A stretch of DNA of 64,000 bases, from contig OZ316896.1 in NCBI GenBank assembly GCA_973895155.1, forward strand, positions 8,825,539-8,889,538, read 5' to 3'. Below, one piece after another: positions 38,549-52,918 of this stretch. Numbering within the stretch: the stretch's first letter is position 1; each line of letters opens with the position of its first letter. Under the pieces are notes generated by a model. It was given only the letters and a program-made list of their open reading frames with translations, made no database searches and was not told where the DNA came from. The DNA is from Marsupella aquatica (lineage: Eukaryota > Plantae > Marchantiophyta). Position numbers and translations under genes: made by a program.

Positions 38549-38999
38549 CCTACCAAATTATATAGACATTACATATATTAGGAGTGGTTTATAGGTGCCA
38601 ACATGAGGACATAATTAGATATAGGGAGAGGGGATGGGCACAATCTTTTGAACTTATTTGTCTAAACTTGAACATAAGAATCTGAAAATATTTGATTATA
38701 ATCATTCTTGTGATCTTGGATACAATTTATTGTTTTGTTTTATATGGTATAACTATATTTGAGTTTTATGTTTACTATATTTAGGGTGTTTTTTGTATAA
38801 TCCTCTCTAAGTTTGCCCCTATGTAGTTGGAGGGTGTGATGAACCGTATGTGTAGTGTGCTTAGAACTATTTGTTCATATAACTTAGAAACTTGGTGAGA
38901 TTGATAAGTTTATGTAACTTGATTGAGACTGACATTTAGTTGCAAATTTCTTGACATTTTTTTTTCCATTGTTGTGTTCACACATTCTATTCACAGAAT

Positions 39000-40020
39000 T
39001 TGGGTAGTCTCCTATTCAAACACCATGTTAGGAGGAAACAAAGGAAGTGATTTGTTCGAGATGAAGGAGACTCTTTTAAAGTTTCAGGTTCTAGGAGAAC
39101 AACAAGATGGCTTGATGAAGTTTATTGCTGTCATGTTGGGTCAAACAACAAAGGATGCAAGCGTTGCAACATGTCTAGCCGTAGAGGAGCAGCAAAAGAA
39201 AAAGAAGTGGAAAGGCAAAAGTAAAAGGCCGAGAAGAAGAGGAAAGCAGGTTTGACTGAGGGAGAACTCTCTCCTCTTGCTAGAGAGAAGCAACTTCGTA
39301 TACTGATAAAGCAGTCCTTGAAGAAGGCAAGAGAGGCAGAGCTAGAGAGGGAGGAAAGGAGAAAAAACATGTCGTTGCTTGATTTGAATGATAAGGGTAC
39401 TTCGGAGGCAACTTCCTACCATCTCTATTGGACAAACTTGCAACAAGTTGTGAAGGCCAATTTCAAGATGTACGAGATGTGGAATGATTGTGATGCAAGA
39501 TTGAGGTTAAGTAAGGCAGAAAAAACCTTTGTCATCGAGCAAGTTTGAGATAGATTTTGAAACGGAGCCAGACTTCTGTCTCATTTCATTTCAAATCCAA
39601 TTGTTATAATTCTGACAAATAGACGCACATACTAGAGGAATTCAATGAAAGCAATGACAATACAAGAAATCAAGGAAAATGGTTGGCCTTGCACATCACG
39701 TATTGATCTGAAGTGTTGGGTTAAATGGATTGATGAGGAGATCCAGTTAAAATACTAGTCAAAGGCACAAAAATTGTCAACTGAAATTGCCAAATTACAA
39801 AATGTGATTGATGCAAGTCACGACGAGCCTCAGCTTGAGAAGTTGCTTGCCCTCAATAGAGAGTTGTCACTTGTGACAACTATCACAACATGCATAGGAG
39901 ATCCTCCAAAATTTCTGAAAAATGGGCTACTTAGACTTGATAAGCGAGCAGCAAAATTGGGAACAAAAGGAACTCACAAGTTGGGGCAAGGTGGTGTCAA
40001 ACACCTCTAAGCTGAGTGGG
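39000..40020 (+). pseudogene. Possible CACTA TnpA/ORF2-like remnant
   Basis: Broken ORFs 38923-39255, 39252-39548 and 39774-40010 ending GTHKLGQGG, similar to the HxLGxGG motif of Ptta/En/Spm proteins. Confidence 0.4.
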
Positions 40021-42352
40021 TGAGTCTTGGTTTCTCTTCATCTTCTTGTAGCAAGGTGATAAAGAGACAAATAACTATTTACTCCTTAACAACTCAATTT
40101 TGTTCCCGTTAGGAGTGGATAAGATCGAAAAGACCAAATTAACACAATTTGAGAAGTTTACACCAACATTCTTAGGTTGGAGAGATTTCTAATGATCTCC
40201 TTAACATAAGTGTTTAACCACAAACTCAAGTGGGTAATCCTCAGAATTCACAGTGCGGAAATAAATACTAGAATTAACAAAGATTAAAACTAGAGAGAGT
40301 AGGTATGAGGTTTCAAAGCGTAAGGACATTGAATTCCGACCATCACCACTCCTTCAATAAGGATTATGGCCTAATTTAAGATTTGGAAATCAACATTGTA
40401 TATGCTTTTTGATTTCTCATAGCAACTTCTCTCCGTCTCTTGAATTCAGAAGACAACAATGTAAATCAACCCGAGACACTTTTCAAAGTCTTGCTTAAGA
40501 CGGTACTAGGATACTCAAATTTGTTTACTTCTCCTACTATCCTTAAGATTGCTTGTTTTCAGAGTTTCATGCAAATTCCAATTTCCTCTTTGGTGAATCT
40601 TCTATATGTATTAGTCACATACCCTGCTGATCTTCCAATATCATCATAGGCACACGCTAGTATTCATTGAACATTGCACAACAACTCAATGGTTGCTAAT
40701 CTTGAACTTCTCTTTACTTAACCATGGTAAAAAGAATGGAAGAAAAGACATCGATTCCTCCAAAATCAAAATGGGGAAATCAAATGCATCTCTAGACTCC
40801 TGGTTGACTTCGGGCTCTCCTCCTTTTGTACTAAAAGTGGAGATTATGAAAAGACATGCCTTTTCAAAACCCAAGTCTAAAGGAATATGTAAATAAAAGT
40901 AAACTATCCTAGTCAAAAATGGAGTAGAGTCTCCAATAGATACATCAATAAAATACTTGAGTCTATTTACCCATATATTAGTCTACATAGCCATTTCTAG
41001 GTCTAAACTAATGTGGCTTTAACTCTCTAAATATAACTTTATTCTGGTCCTAACTTGGGAAGGAACCTCCTCAAGGCTAGCCACAACAAGGGGCTCTGGT
41101 CAGAAGAAAATCCCCTATTGTCCAATGGTAAAAGGAAGGGACGGGTGACTCAAAGCAAGCTATACTGAATATTATTTGGTCCCAACTATGTTATACTCAT
41201 CAATATCTTATGAAAGGTACTAATAGAAAGGGAGGACCAAAAAGGACCATGGAATGGTGGAGATGTACGTATTTGTGATTGTGTGGCCAAGATGAGAGGG
41301 AGATCTAATACGGTTGTACAACTGAATCACATTTGACTTGAAGGAATTCTTACTCTTGTCCTCTATGGTAGCCAGGTGAGTACTTTCTTGGCATTTCAAA
41401 TGCTTTCAAGCGTAGCATGGTATTGTTGTCTATATTGGTACTTTCTTGGTATTTGAAATACTCGGGCGTTCTTGGTATTTTGAAATAATGCACAAGGAGG
41501 GGCGCGGGGGGGGGGGGAGGGAAGTTACTCCGAGGGGGGAGTAGAGTCGCGTCCAAGTTACGGTCTATTGTTTCACCCACAATCTTGGTGCACAGTTGGA
41601 CAATTTGTCTAAAGTTAGTCGAGGCCTTTGAGAGCTTTGAAGAAAGTTTCAAGAACCACGATCGGATGGGGATTTGATACAGTTTTTGCAATAGATTGTC
41701 AATAGAACTTTGATGGAACATCGATAGGATTGTGTCTTGGTGTCATCAAAAGCGTCACTAAAACGGTGTTCATAGCGGGAGCATCTAATGATTTACAACA
41801 ACTTCTCTTCAGGGGTCTTTGCACGTAGGATGCAGTGGAAGGAAGGGATGGAGAGAAGTGTTCTTTGAACAGATAGTGCCGCTCAAGGCATAAGCATCCT
41901 CGATGTAAGAGATCATGGCTGCTACTGCTATGTAGATCAAGTTGCGCTAGCAGGGTCAAGGGGAACATCAAGCCGATTGATAGAGCTGCCGTTCACATAA
42001 TTTGTTCAAGCACTACATTACTGTGCAAGGGGCAGGGGGCGCAATCTAAGAAGGGAGCGAAGGGCAGGATAAGCACACGCATCAACATTGAACAATTAAA
42101 TTGCCAATTGCAAGCCCGATTGCAGGTAAGGAGATGATCCATTGACCTTTTAGGTCTAATTCTAAATGTCAGTCGTTGCCAACAAATTCACTTTAATTTC
42201 AGCTGTGTACTAGTTAATTTTTAGGTACCGGTTGTTGTAGTTGTCAAACACTAAAGCATTATTATTTTGATGTTGGCCTAATACAGATTACTGCCACTCT
42301 TTCCACGAACCCTTAAATCAGAGGAGGTGGCTTTTAGAGTAGCCCGAGCTAG

Positions 42353-45300
42353 TTGAGTAGCATCATGACAATTTCATCCCACTCTTTGCAAGAATTAGAA
42401 GCTACAGCCAAGAAGCAGCAACGCAATCTGAGAAGAAGGGAGCGAAGAGCAGGACAAGTAGTGAATCAATTGAAAATTGATGCCAAAAAAGTTATAGAAG
42501 CTGCAAACACAGAGCCAGAGAAGTTGCTTCAGCAAGTATGAGATGAAGCTAGAGTTTTCAAAGAGTAGGTGCTTGCTGAGATTGCTCAAGAGAGCGCTGC
42601 TGCTCAACGTCAAATTTAGGAGCTGGAAACATATGTTGCCACTTTATAGACTTGCTTGAATGTCACAGCTAGGCGTGCATCAAATGCAAGTTCTCAACAA
42701 AGATGTAGAGAAAATAGAGGACGTCTTGTTGCAGAGCTTGTAGAAAATGACAACTCAATGGTTCCTAATAGAGGACGTAGGAGTGAAACATATGTGATTT
42801 CACAGATTGTCAAAACTTTAAGGTCTTGCACCACACGCCATAACTTAGCCTCAAAGTTGTCTATTATGAGGGGGTATGGCACGCGTGACAGTAAACAGGA
42901 AACAGGTTTATTGGTACCAGGAAAATTTTTCCTATTACCAGCAAAAAGTTACTGTTACCAGGAAAAATAAACATATCAAAATATTTTCTAAAAAGTTTCA
43001 TTTTCCAAAAAAATCTAAGTTACAACATTTTTTGGCTAGCTTTGGGCGCTAGCAAAAAAAATAAAATTTTGAAAGAAACAAAAAAACTTTTTTTTCCCAA
43101 AAAAAATTTTTAAATTTTTTTTTAAAAAATTACCACTCATTTTCCTATTACCAGTTTTTGTTTTCTGTTATTGTTTGTTGTTTCCTGTCGTTTGTAAATA
43201 CCCCTTATGAGGCACTTTTGGCTCCACAAGGCTATGAAGCAATTGCATCCCACATCTTTTGGTTGCCCTAAACAAGATCTATCCTGGAGAACAGCAGCTA
43301 TTGATATGAAGAAGGTATTGAAAATTGTCAAATATGCTAGGTGAAAAGATCACAAAGCTGCTAAAGATATTATCTTGAGCTCATTGACTAGGACAGAAGT
43401 GGTGGGCAAGAGATATCAAAGTGCTCTTGCAAGAGCACAGTGTGTGAAGAGAGGGCCAATATCTGCCGCAAGTAAGATCAGAAGTCTTTTGGATGGAGAT
43501 GAAACCCTGAGGTTTCCCTTGGGTCAGCGGAAACAGAAATCTGATCGTCTTTCTGAAAAGATTAGAGGTGAAGTGGCCTAGTTTTGGGAGGTGTTTATTA
43601 GAGCTTCTCCAAACAAGGACGACAATGCTCGGAAAAGGATTTCCAAGAACGTATATGACGTCCATAGAGTTCATTGGCTAGAGGATACTGAGGTAAATGA
43701 CACTGCTCATTAATTTAGCCATTGGGATTTGTCAGATTATAGTTCTTTGACCACGGTATCTCTTGACGAGAGAGTTTACCTACAATAGGAACTGCACAAT
43801 CTTTTGTTTCTCTTTAAAAGTAGTGATAGAAGTTGGTTCACATGCATGTTGAATTGATGTTTTCTAGCTTGCCATGGATTTTCTGAGGTGGAGTACTTCT
43901 TCAAGTTTTGATAGTGGTTGGAGAGTGAAGGGAAACGCTACACTATTGGATTGAGATCCTTTCAAGCAATGAAGCCTTATTTCATTCGTACTATGAAGGA
44001 TCAAAATGTTTGTTGTTGTAAGCAACACGTTGAAATGCAACTGATCTGTAAAGCCTTTTTCAAGCAATGACACACTTTGCATCCTACCAACTGCAATTGT
44101 AGTTGTGATGTTTGTATCCCTCGACTTGTCTTGCTTGGCCCTATTGAAAGAAATGGAATACCTCCGGTTATAGATCCACCTATAGAAGAGCCTGTAACTT
44201 GCAAAGCCCATAAATGCTCACTACCTTCTACAAGAGCATGGTGTGCTAGTGCTTTATGCATGAAAGCAAATATTGATGACCGTTGGTACAAAAGAAAGTG
44301 CTTGGTGGGTCTTTGTGAAGATTGTGGGCCTGGCGGATTGGAATTGTGTCCATGGGAGGAGAAGTTTGATCCTGAGGCATGTGTTACTTGGGAAACTTAT
44401 GAGTATGTGGTGCTCGATGATTTACCATAGCCGCACAGAAGGAAAAATAAATTACAGGCAACTGATGATGGGTAGCCAGCAAAACCTAAGAAGAGGCTCC
44501 GATTGGTGAAGAAAACCATATCAATGCGAGTTTTCCTGGAGGAGTATAGAGTACTGTGGAGGCTTTCATTAAGCATGATTTCTATGCAAGATGGCAAGGA
44601 GAACAATATTAGAATTGTTTGAAGACATTTCAGAAGGGTACAATCATTTCCTCAATAGATTTTGCCGAGAATTACACTTTTGCAGTACAAGATGAGGTCC
44701 AGAGTCTTCAACTGGGATAATTGTCAGATTACAATACTTGTGTTGATCACATACCGTCATCAGCATGATAAGGAGGAGGATGACCCCATTGTGTATGACT
44801 CCCATGGTAAACAAATTACCAGGTTCATTGAAGCTGATTACCACTTTTTCATTTCTGACGACAATAGTCATGACACCTTTTTTGTCCAACATTGCTTGGA
44901 CTTTCATTGGGGCTGGATGCAAGAGCAGGGTTTCCTTGTCAACAAACATATCATGTGGTCTGATGGGTGTGTAGCCCAATTCAAGGCTTGTCGACCGTTC
45001 TCATATGTAGCCAAGTACTACAATGAATACGGAGCAAGGATGATGTGGTGTTTTCATGCCTCAGGGCATGGGAAAGGAGTACAGGTATATGTTGCATTCT
45101 TTGACTACAATTTTGAGCCGTGTTTTATGCATGCATGCACTCTACTATGCTTGCAATCATTTTCAATTATATTGTACATGCATGTTACTTTTCTCTAGTG
45201 TGCATAATATCTTACTATGATTGTTTGTATTGTCATATCATGTACTTATTTCATTCCACAGGATGGTCTTGGAGGTGGAGTGAAGAGTGCCCTTTGAAAG

Positions 45301-46111
45301 GAGCAATTACGAACAGAAGGAGGGCATCCAATGGAGGGTGCACAGGATGTTGTGGCATTCTTGAAAGAACGCTTTTGCTTGGGGAAGGAAAGCTAGGGAG
45401 TATGATAAGAAACAAGGAGTTCGACGTTTCTTCTGGGAGATAGGAGTGCAAGAAGTTCAGAGAATTCAAGCAAATGAATGCTTGCCTATCCAGGGTATTA
45501 GGTAGATGTACTATTTTATGGGGTACAGCAAGGAGAATCTGATGATGTTGAAATGTCGTGAGCTGGCATGTTTTTGTGAGGATTGTGTGGTTGATGCAGA
45601 GAATCATAGCGAGAATCAAGCATGGGTCAACCCATGGGATGTTGACCATGTGTTTCCACTGCAGCCAACTGAGATTGCTAGTATTATTCAAGACATGCAT
45701 GATGGCCTCGATGCTAACAATTGTGACTATAAAAATTACCTTGGAGATCTGGTCGACGTTGGTGACTACTTTGCTGTTCTGGTTGAGGAAGGGAACATTT
45801 GGCATGCAGAATTTTATATTTTGCTATGCACAAAGTCGGCTGCTATTGTTGAAGCAGACTTCACTGATGATTATGGTGCAAAGTTCTTGATTGGTGATAG
45901 AGTGTTGGCTGGCACGTGGTATCAACAGTATGGCAGGTTATCGGATTATTGCTTTGTTAGATATGAGAAGGCTAGCTTGAGTTATGTGGATGTGTCCTCT
46001 ATGATACACATCAAATTTGGCCTTGTACCAACAAAGGTTGTGAGCGGCTCACCAGGATTCAAACTTTCACCCAGCACCCTAGATGCAATTTTGTGTTCAA
46101 TAGAAAGGTAG
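42353..46111 (+). mobile_element. Sola2-like DDD transposase gene, spliced and pseudogenised
   Basis: IDFAENYTFAVQDEVQS (D codon at 44658), FISDDNSHD, MWSDGCVAQFK, ASGHGKGVQ / intron 45085-45261 / DGLGGGVK, RELACFCEDC; Cys-rich upstream region (CLVGLCEDCG). Confidence 0.7.
42871..43204. mobile_element. MITE (~334 bp) inserted in the Sola2-like ORF
   Basis: TIRs GGGGTAT..gacag.aaaca / tgtttcctgtc..ATACCCC; flanking direct repeat TTATGAG(G) at 42864 and 43205; removing it restores the reading frame (SIMR|HFWLHK). Confidence 0.85.
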
Positions 46112-47266
46112 TCATTCTGAATGATGTATGATTTCATTTTTCATTGTATGATTTCAATTCTGAAGGGTTTATAATATGTACAGTTTAATACTAGTTTAGT
46201 AATTGGTCCTTTGAGTTGAAGTACAGTTCAAACCAGTTTAGCATCTAATGCGAGGCTAGTGGAAAAAACTCCTTCATGAGGACTAGGAGAGAAAGACCTA
46301 GAGGCAAAGGTAGAAATCTCAGCATCATCTAATAGCTCCTCTGTAGTCAAGTCACACATCTCCCTTAAGTCCTTACAGATCTTTGAGAGGCTTGTAAATG
46401 CATCATCTATCTTGGCACTCACATCTACCACTAAATGATTAATCTTTGAGAAGAGGATGGGTGTGGTGTTCTTGGTCAAATACTCATCATAGATCTGTGT
46501 CTTAAGACACTAGAAAAAACCGACCCATTTTGGGACCCTGCCTTAAGTGACTCCAATGAGACTGGTCAGAATTTATGACTCCTAGATTGTTGGTGTCATT
46601 TTAGTTACAAGTTGTGGTCTTAGTTCAGGATTTTTCCTGGGGATGTCATTTGTATAACTATTGGAAAAGTTGTAACTTTAACTAAGTTAAGCCAACAAGA
46701 ATGAAGTTATATAAGTGACTCATGAATGAAGTTATTGCACCAGGCAAGGATGGTGAACCCTGGTTTTGTGTATAACGCATGGTTTTGTGCACTATAACAC
46801 ATGGTTTTTCAGTTTGTCAAGACCTTATTTTAACACCTACTTTATTCAATAAGTCCATGCAATTCTTTGTCTTAATATTTTTGACAAGCAATGCATGCTT
46901 CAGAACAAATAAGTCCAACCTAAATGTGATACATATTCCATGGAAAAGTCTTCAATACCTTACCCTACAAAAATGACTTTTCATAATGGTCATGTTTAGT
47001 CATACCTGACCATTTGGCCCCGTTTTTCACCAAAGGGGGTGTTGCTAACCACTCACCCCACATATAATGTCAATCCTTTGGTTCTCACAAAGGAAAATGA
47101 AGCTTAGGTAGATCATAGACTTTCACTACAGTTGGGCGCAAAATACAAGGAGTACTTGGGGGAAAAATACACGGCGGAACCGGTTTTGGCCCCCCCAACA
47201 ATAGTCGGTCCTTCTCACCGCAACTTAGGGTGAGGGGAGCCTGGCTGAGCATTGCCCAGCCCCGAT

Positions 47267-47555
47267 GCTCGAGGGGTTAACTTAGTGTATATTTTGGGGT
47301 ACCACGTGCGATCCTAGCCTAATATAAACACACCTATTTTATAATGGGAATATTCCAAAAACATTCTCTATTTTCAATATTAATAACCTATTTTACTTTC
47401 TAAAAGGTATATATTAGAAAATATTCTATAAATATTGGTCTATAATACCTTCTTTTGCTTCCTACACTTTTTAAAAATTTAGTTAATTTCTATGAAAAGT
47501 ACCTATTTTGGATCGCACGTGGTTCCTAAGATTTTTGATAGTCAACCCCCCGAGC
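47267..47555. mobile_element. MITE-like foldback element (~290 bp, AT-rich core)
   Basis: Perfect 14-bp inverted repeat accacgtgcgatcc (47301-47314) / ggatcgcacgtggt (47510-47523), extending imperfectly to gctcgaggggttaac / gtcaaccccccgagc; no clear TSD. Confidence 0.6.
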
Positions 47556-50500
47556 CTCAATGTGTGTTGCTCGATTTCCCGCCTGCCAATGTTGCGCTGC
47601 ATTGTTGCCAAATTGGAACTACATTGCTGCAAAGAGTTTAGGGTCTAGGTCCATTGCCAAATGCTGCTTCCTTCAATCGCCTGTTGCCTACTGTTACAAT
47701 CGCCTGCTTAATCACGCACCCAATTGCCTGGAGCTCATTCGCCTGGAGTTCAATCGACTGCTACTCAAACTGCTATTGCTGCAATCACGAGCTGCTCAAT
47801 CTGTTGTTGCTGCAATCGCAAGCTGCTCGATCACGAGCTACCTAGCTTCATTGTGAGTTGCCTCCCTGTTTTCCTTGTTCTCCCTGTTCTCCCTCTTGCT
47901 TTCAGTAATTGTATTGAGGACTTTCAATCAGTTTCAGAGGAGAGGCTTACAAGATGCAAATGGACGCTTAGAGAGTTAGAGAGGAGGATTTCTGGGTGGG
48001 CCCAACGGAGTGGGCATTGTCTCGATAACAACAGTCTGGTTACGGCCAAAAACTACACTTATGTGCCTGTAGCTGCAGTAGTCCCACTAGGTATACCATG
48101 CTATGCCCTTCGCCGTCCCTTGCTTGAGTGCATTGTTTTCGTGTACAAGTCTGGCTGAAGAGCGCATTGAGAGCCATTCATTTAAAAACACCATTCATTC
48201 TGAGTCCAACACAAGGATGGATGGGCCGATGCATTGTCTTCTGGTATGAGGGCCGGAGTTGGCCACTGACTGTCTAGATTAATTGACTTCCTGTGGGGGG
48301 CAGGTCGGATTGTATATCATCTTTGCATGATCTGCCATCATTAAGGGCTTCTTGGCAAGCAAGCACCCTTGCATGCACTCTTCACTCTTGTTTACGTTGG
48401 GGTTCCACGTTGAATTTTTACATCATCCATTCTTTCACTATTTCTGTCCTTCATGGCACAATCATGTCGATTTTCTCTTTGGTGGGCAGGTGGGGTCAGT
48501 TCGGCCTCGACCTTGCCAACCGGCCTATAATTTTTGTCTACAATAATTTATCTGGCTATCTAGGTTGTGCATCCATAGGTTGTATATGTAATTCTCTGGC
48601 TATCTAGCTGTGCATGGATAGGTTGTATATGTATTTGTCTTTGTAACTCAACATTGTGACTGTAATCTTTGATTCTCCACTAGACCTGGGAGTAATAATG
48701 CAGACTTGTGTTTGCAACAAATTGCCACCTTTTTTCCTTTGATCGAGTGAACGTAGGTCTGACTTGGAGTTTTCAAGGTGGAGCTGGCAGGAGTACTAGA
48801 GGTAAGACAATCCAGGTTGAGTGAGTCTAGGCCCTGCTAAGCTGAATTGAGCAGAATATGTCTACGGCTGAATACGTCTACGCTGCAAGCTTGGTATGTT
48901 GCAACTTGGCACTACGCAATGAGGATTCATTGTGAATTGGGAGTTCTTTCACTACAACTTGAGGTTAGTTTGCATTGCCAATTCCATGTAGCCACATTGT
49001 AATGTAGAGTTTGATCTGCGGTCACTGGGAGCTGAAACTTGCTGACAGTTGCGGTCGTTGCAACCTTCTGAGAACGGGTGTTGTGCCACCAATGATGATT
49101 GCTCTTTGCTAGATTTGGTGAGACGGGAGGTTCAGAACGTGCTATGGACAAGGGGCTGAGTGACTTTTGTCCAGCTATCTTAATCAAAGGCTCAATCAGA
49201 TCCAAAGATTGAGTGATACTAAGTTGGAGAGCATGCTCAAGTTCATTCTTCTTACTCCTTTCCAGCTGCTGTTTGAGTTTGAATATCTTCTTCCTGAGGA
49301 ACTCATTCTCCTTCTCTATCTTCTTCTTATCTGTGGTATCACTCATAGTGGAGATGTTTTCGAGGATCTGCCCCGGTTTCACTCATAGCTTCTGAGCAAT
49401 ATCAATAATGGCCTTCTCCATCACAAAGGTCTTTCTCTTCACCTTCCAAAATGTTTTTGAAATGATCTGGAAGTCATGTAGTGTGTCTTGGGAGGCATGG
49501 CCGGTGCATTATGAGCAAAGACTCTCTCAGTTTGACCTTCTCAGCTTTATTTTTTGGAATAGCTGGCTTTAGGATTTTCATGGCAACAAGGACCTTCTTC
49601 CTCTTCGATTGTCTCACAAGGGCTTTAATCGGCATGGGTGCAGGGGATGTCGAGGTTGAATGTCCCTTGAAAACTCAAGAAGTGGACATTTCGGCTTGAC
49701 CCGTCTTTTGATCTATAGATTGATGCAAGCAATGGATTGGTTTTTGCCAAATGGTATGCCTCCTCTACAACGAGCTCTACAATTGTGCGACCTCAAACAA
49801 TTCAATCTCTTCGGTGTCGTGAGATGACAAAGATGTCCGGGTCGACCTAGCTACAACTTTTTTGATCAGGTGAGAACCTAATCTTCACAAATCCATCAAG
49901 ATTCTTTCAATCACGGTGTAAGTCCATCAAACGTTGGTGGAAATCAGACTCAATCCGGCCTTCAGTAGCGGCATCCGGGTCAACCTGGCTACCATTTTCA
50001 CAACCAACTTATCCACGAACTGGATCTCAAACTTTATGCCTTCACCTCAGCGTATGAGTAGGCATTCCCCTCACAATGATTTAGTCAATACCCTCATATC
50101 CAAGCTCTCATCGTGAAATGGAAGATTGGTCCTATAATCTGAACCCAAGATCCTCTACCAAAAGGGTAGAGCCTCCTCACTCTACGGACTGTTTTATACA
50201 GCCTAATGCGCTCGAGAACTCAAAACCTACTAAGTTTGGTTTTGAGAGGTGTGAGAACCCGGATCGACTCTCCTTCCTTATAATCGGATTCTGCTGTGGC
50301 CGTGCCTGTGATTGACTTATGGTTTTAAAAATTTGGCAGGGGACATTTGATGTACAGCACAATCTAGTTTTAAAATGTTCTATCTCATTTTTGGCTGCAA
50401 TGCAAAGTTCCGGGTCGACCCTCCAACTCTCATGTAAGTTCGGGTGGACCTCAGATGGGCTTGAAAATTGTACAACACTTCAAAGTAGTCATCAGGTCCC

Positions 50501-51399
50501 TCTTCAGCCTCATTTGATGTCTTAAACTTAAATTTTTGAAAATTTATGGTTAGTTAATCCTTCTCTCATAAATAACCACTTCTCACACTTCTCCTTCATG
50601 CGAGCCTTCATGTAGTCAACAATGATTGTTATGAATACTATTCCCTCCCTTTAACATTCATAGCACATATCAAGACTAATGCGCTTCTCAAAGTGTGTCC
50701 ATTGAAGTGACTAGTGGTATTTTGTGTAGGTGGTGACAATGGGCAGAAACACAACAACAAAAGAAATTGAGGATTGTCGTATGTACGACACCAAAAATGT
50801 ACTCATATGTCTACGTGATGAACTTCGGCAAGTACATTGTGTTACAAATTCTAGTCAAAATATTTTGTTAGAAATTTTTACATGTTTAAGATACTTTATT
50901 CCAATTTTTTGGCCTTTAGTTATCTTGGTGACCATGCAAAATAGCACTAGTGACGCAGAGAACTCTGGGAGTGACTTGGATGATGTAGCTCCACCCGACG
51001 ATAATATAGAGGAAGAGCCAAACCAGTCTCAGAAGCAACCAACTACACAAAAGAGGAGCTTGCGGACAAGGATAAAAAATCACACTCGAAGGTTTTGCCG
51101 CTCAGGGGAGATAAGGCAATATTGATAACTTTCATGTTTTTATTAATTAGTTCTTTGAGTCTTCAATAGGGACTTAGAGTTATCGGGAAGATTATTATGG
51201 ATGGAGAGATCTGGACCTAAACTAGACAGGTTTGAACTATCCTCGAATGTTGAACATTAATATTATTCTCTTTGGTAAAATGGGTTAGAGTCTCAAGTCC
51301 GAGGCATGAATTGGGTACTAAGTAGTTACCAGAAAAATGCAATTTGCCAGGAGGTTTTTTTTGAATTGGTTGGTCATTGGGTCATGATTGAACCTTAGA

Positions 51400-52182
51400 G
51401 CTAGCCAACTTACAATATTCCATGTTCAGCCTGTCTACGGACTGCCACTTTGCTCCGCCAGCCCTTAGTGCCCTGTTCCATATTCAACCTTCCATATTCA
51501 ACCTGTTTACCAGACAACTTTGCTTTGGCCGTGCTCGAAGCTCGTTTGAGTGCTTGATCACATCTCTTGCCATGGCCCTCCTCCCAAACTTGTACCCAAC
51601 AGCACACCAACAATTGTATCGGCTCCATCAACGGTTCATTATCTTTCAACTTTTCTCTTTGACAGTTCACATTCCAAGTAGAGGGGAATGAGTATATATT
51701 AGCACTTTGTTCCCAATCAAGAGCCGGACACCCTGAGGCCCTTTCACGCACCAAGTCCAATCGTTGCACAAGAAGCTTACACTATTGATAGTCCTGTTAC
51801 GTCATGTTTTATAGCAAGAACTCCACAACAATTTATGAGCTCTCGGCTACTTCCTAATGTCAATATTTTTTGAAACGCGTTCATCTGGAAGCATAATCAT
51901 TTGCAATCTTTGAGCCATCTTGAAAATCAACCATAGATAATAAATTGTTCTACCACATCCCCGATGAGTCCTATACCATCATAATCATCCTTCTACTCTC
52001 CATCCTACCGCCAGCATAGCTCCACCCAGCATTTTTTCACGATCAGGATAACTATATACAAAAAACAGAAAAGCGTCATACCATGGTCTACAATATTTGA
52101 TGTTCTTATCAAAACGCTCTATTTGCATTTCACCTCTCCCAACCCCCAATCTGGGTTTTGTGATAACCCATGCTATAGACAC
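51400..52182 (-). pseudogene. Possible Mutator-like (MULE) transposase remnant
   Basis: IERFDKNIKYCRP..DAFLF....LGGAMLAVG and downstream RWSRYNC..KFG loosely resemble the MULE DDE region; heavily frameshifted. Confidence 0.4.
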
Positions 52183-52918
52183 TTGGACATTGATAGACGC
52201 TCGGACATTGAGCGATCAAATATCACAACTCAGTTTGTAACACCTAAAGGAACATAGTGCCAACATAATAAAGAATGCACAACTCATATTACATTTTGTT
52301 TTCAATCACAATAGTTCTAAAAGTAGCTCAAACCTTTCAATCGAGAGCTAACTCACTCAAGAACTCAATTTCCCATGCTAAGAAAAAAACTATCAACCGA
52401 TCCCTAGAAGCCCAACAACCACCCCTCCTCCAAGCTCACACAACTCCACCAACGCTTTCTTCCCTACCCAATATTCGGGTGACCGTGTTTTTTGGTAAGA
52501 GCATGTTGGCTCTTATGAAGTCAACTAGGTTGCATGTCCATAAATTTTACACTAAAACCAAAATGATAACTCTTGTAAGAAGGGTATTGGATATTAAGAA
52601 AAGTTCAAGTGAAAACAATATACTCTTAAATCCTATTTCACCATACTTGCGGATCAACACCTCTCGAAAACTAATTTTTCTACCACATATGATCCTAATA
52701 TCTCCAAGAGAAAATAAAATAAAATATCATCTAGACTCCTATTTAGATCCATGACTTCAATATAGGACAAGAATAATATATTTTCACTCCTTTCGGTAAG
52801 ACACTATTGGGTATACTATTGGCTCATTAGAACTCATAATAACAGTTGCAAATTGAGCTCCAAAGTGATAGGTAAAGTGATAGGACGTCACTAGTGTTTA
52901 AGTTATTCACAATTTCTC

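Noticed and set aside
40101-41340. Solo LTR
   Set aside because: Starts TGTT and looks LTR-like, but no matching end or TSD was found.
41500-41545. G-rich tract as a Sola TIR or G-quadruplex element
   Set aside because: No complementary terminus was found downstream, and homopolymer length may be unreliable.
47560-50500. ORFs in low-complexity and coiled-coil-like sequence
   Set aside because: Low-complexity gctgc/aatc repeats and broken frames; probably TE-derived but not assignable.
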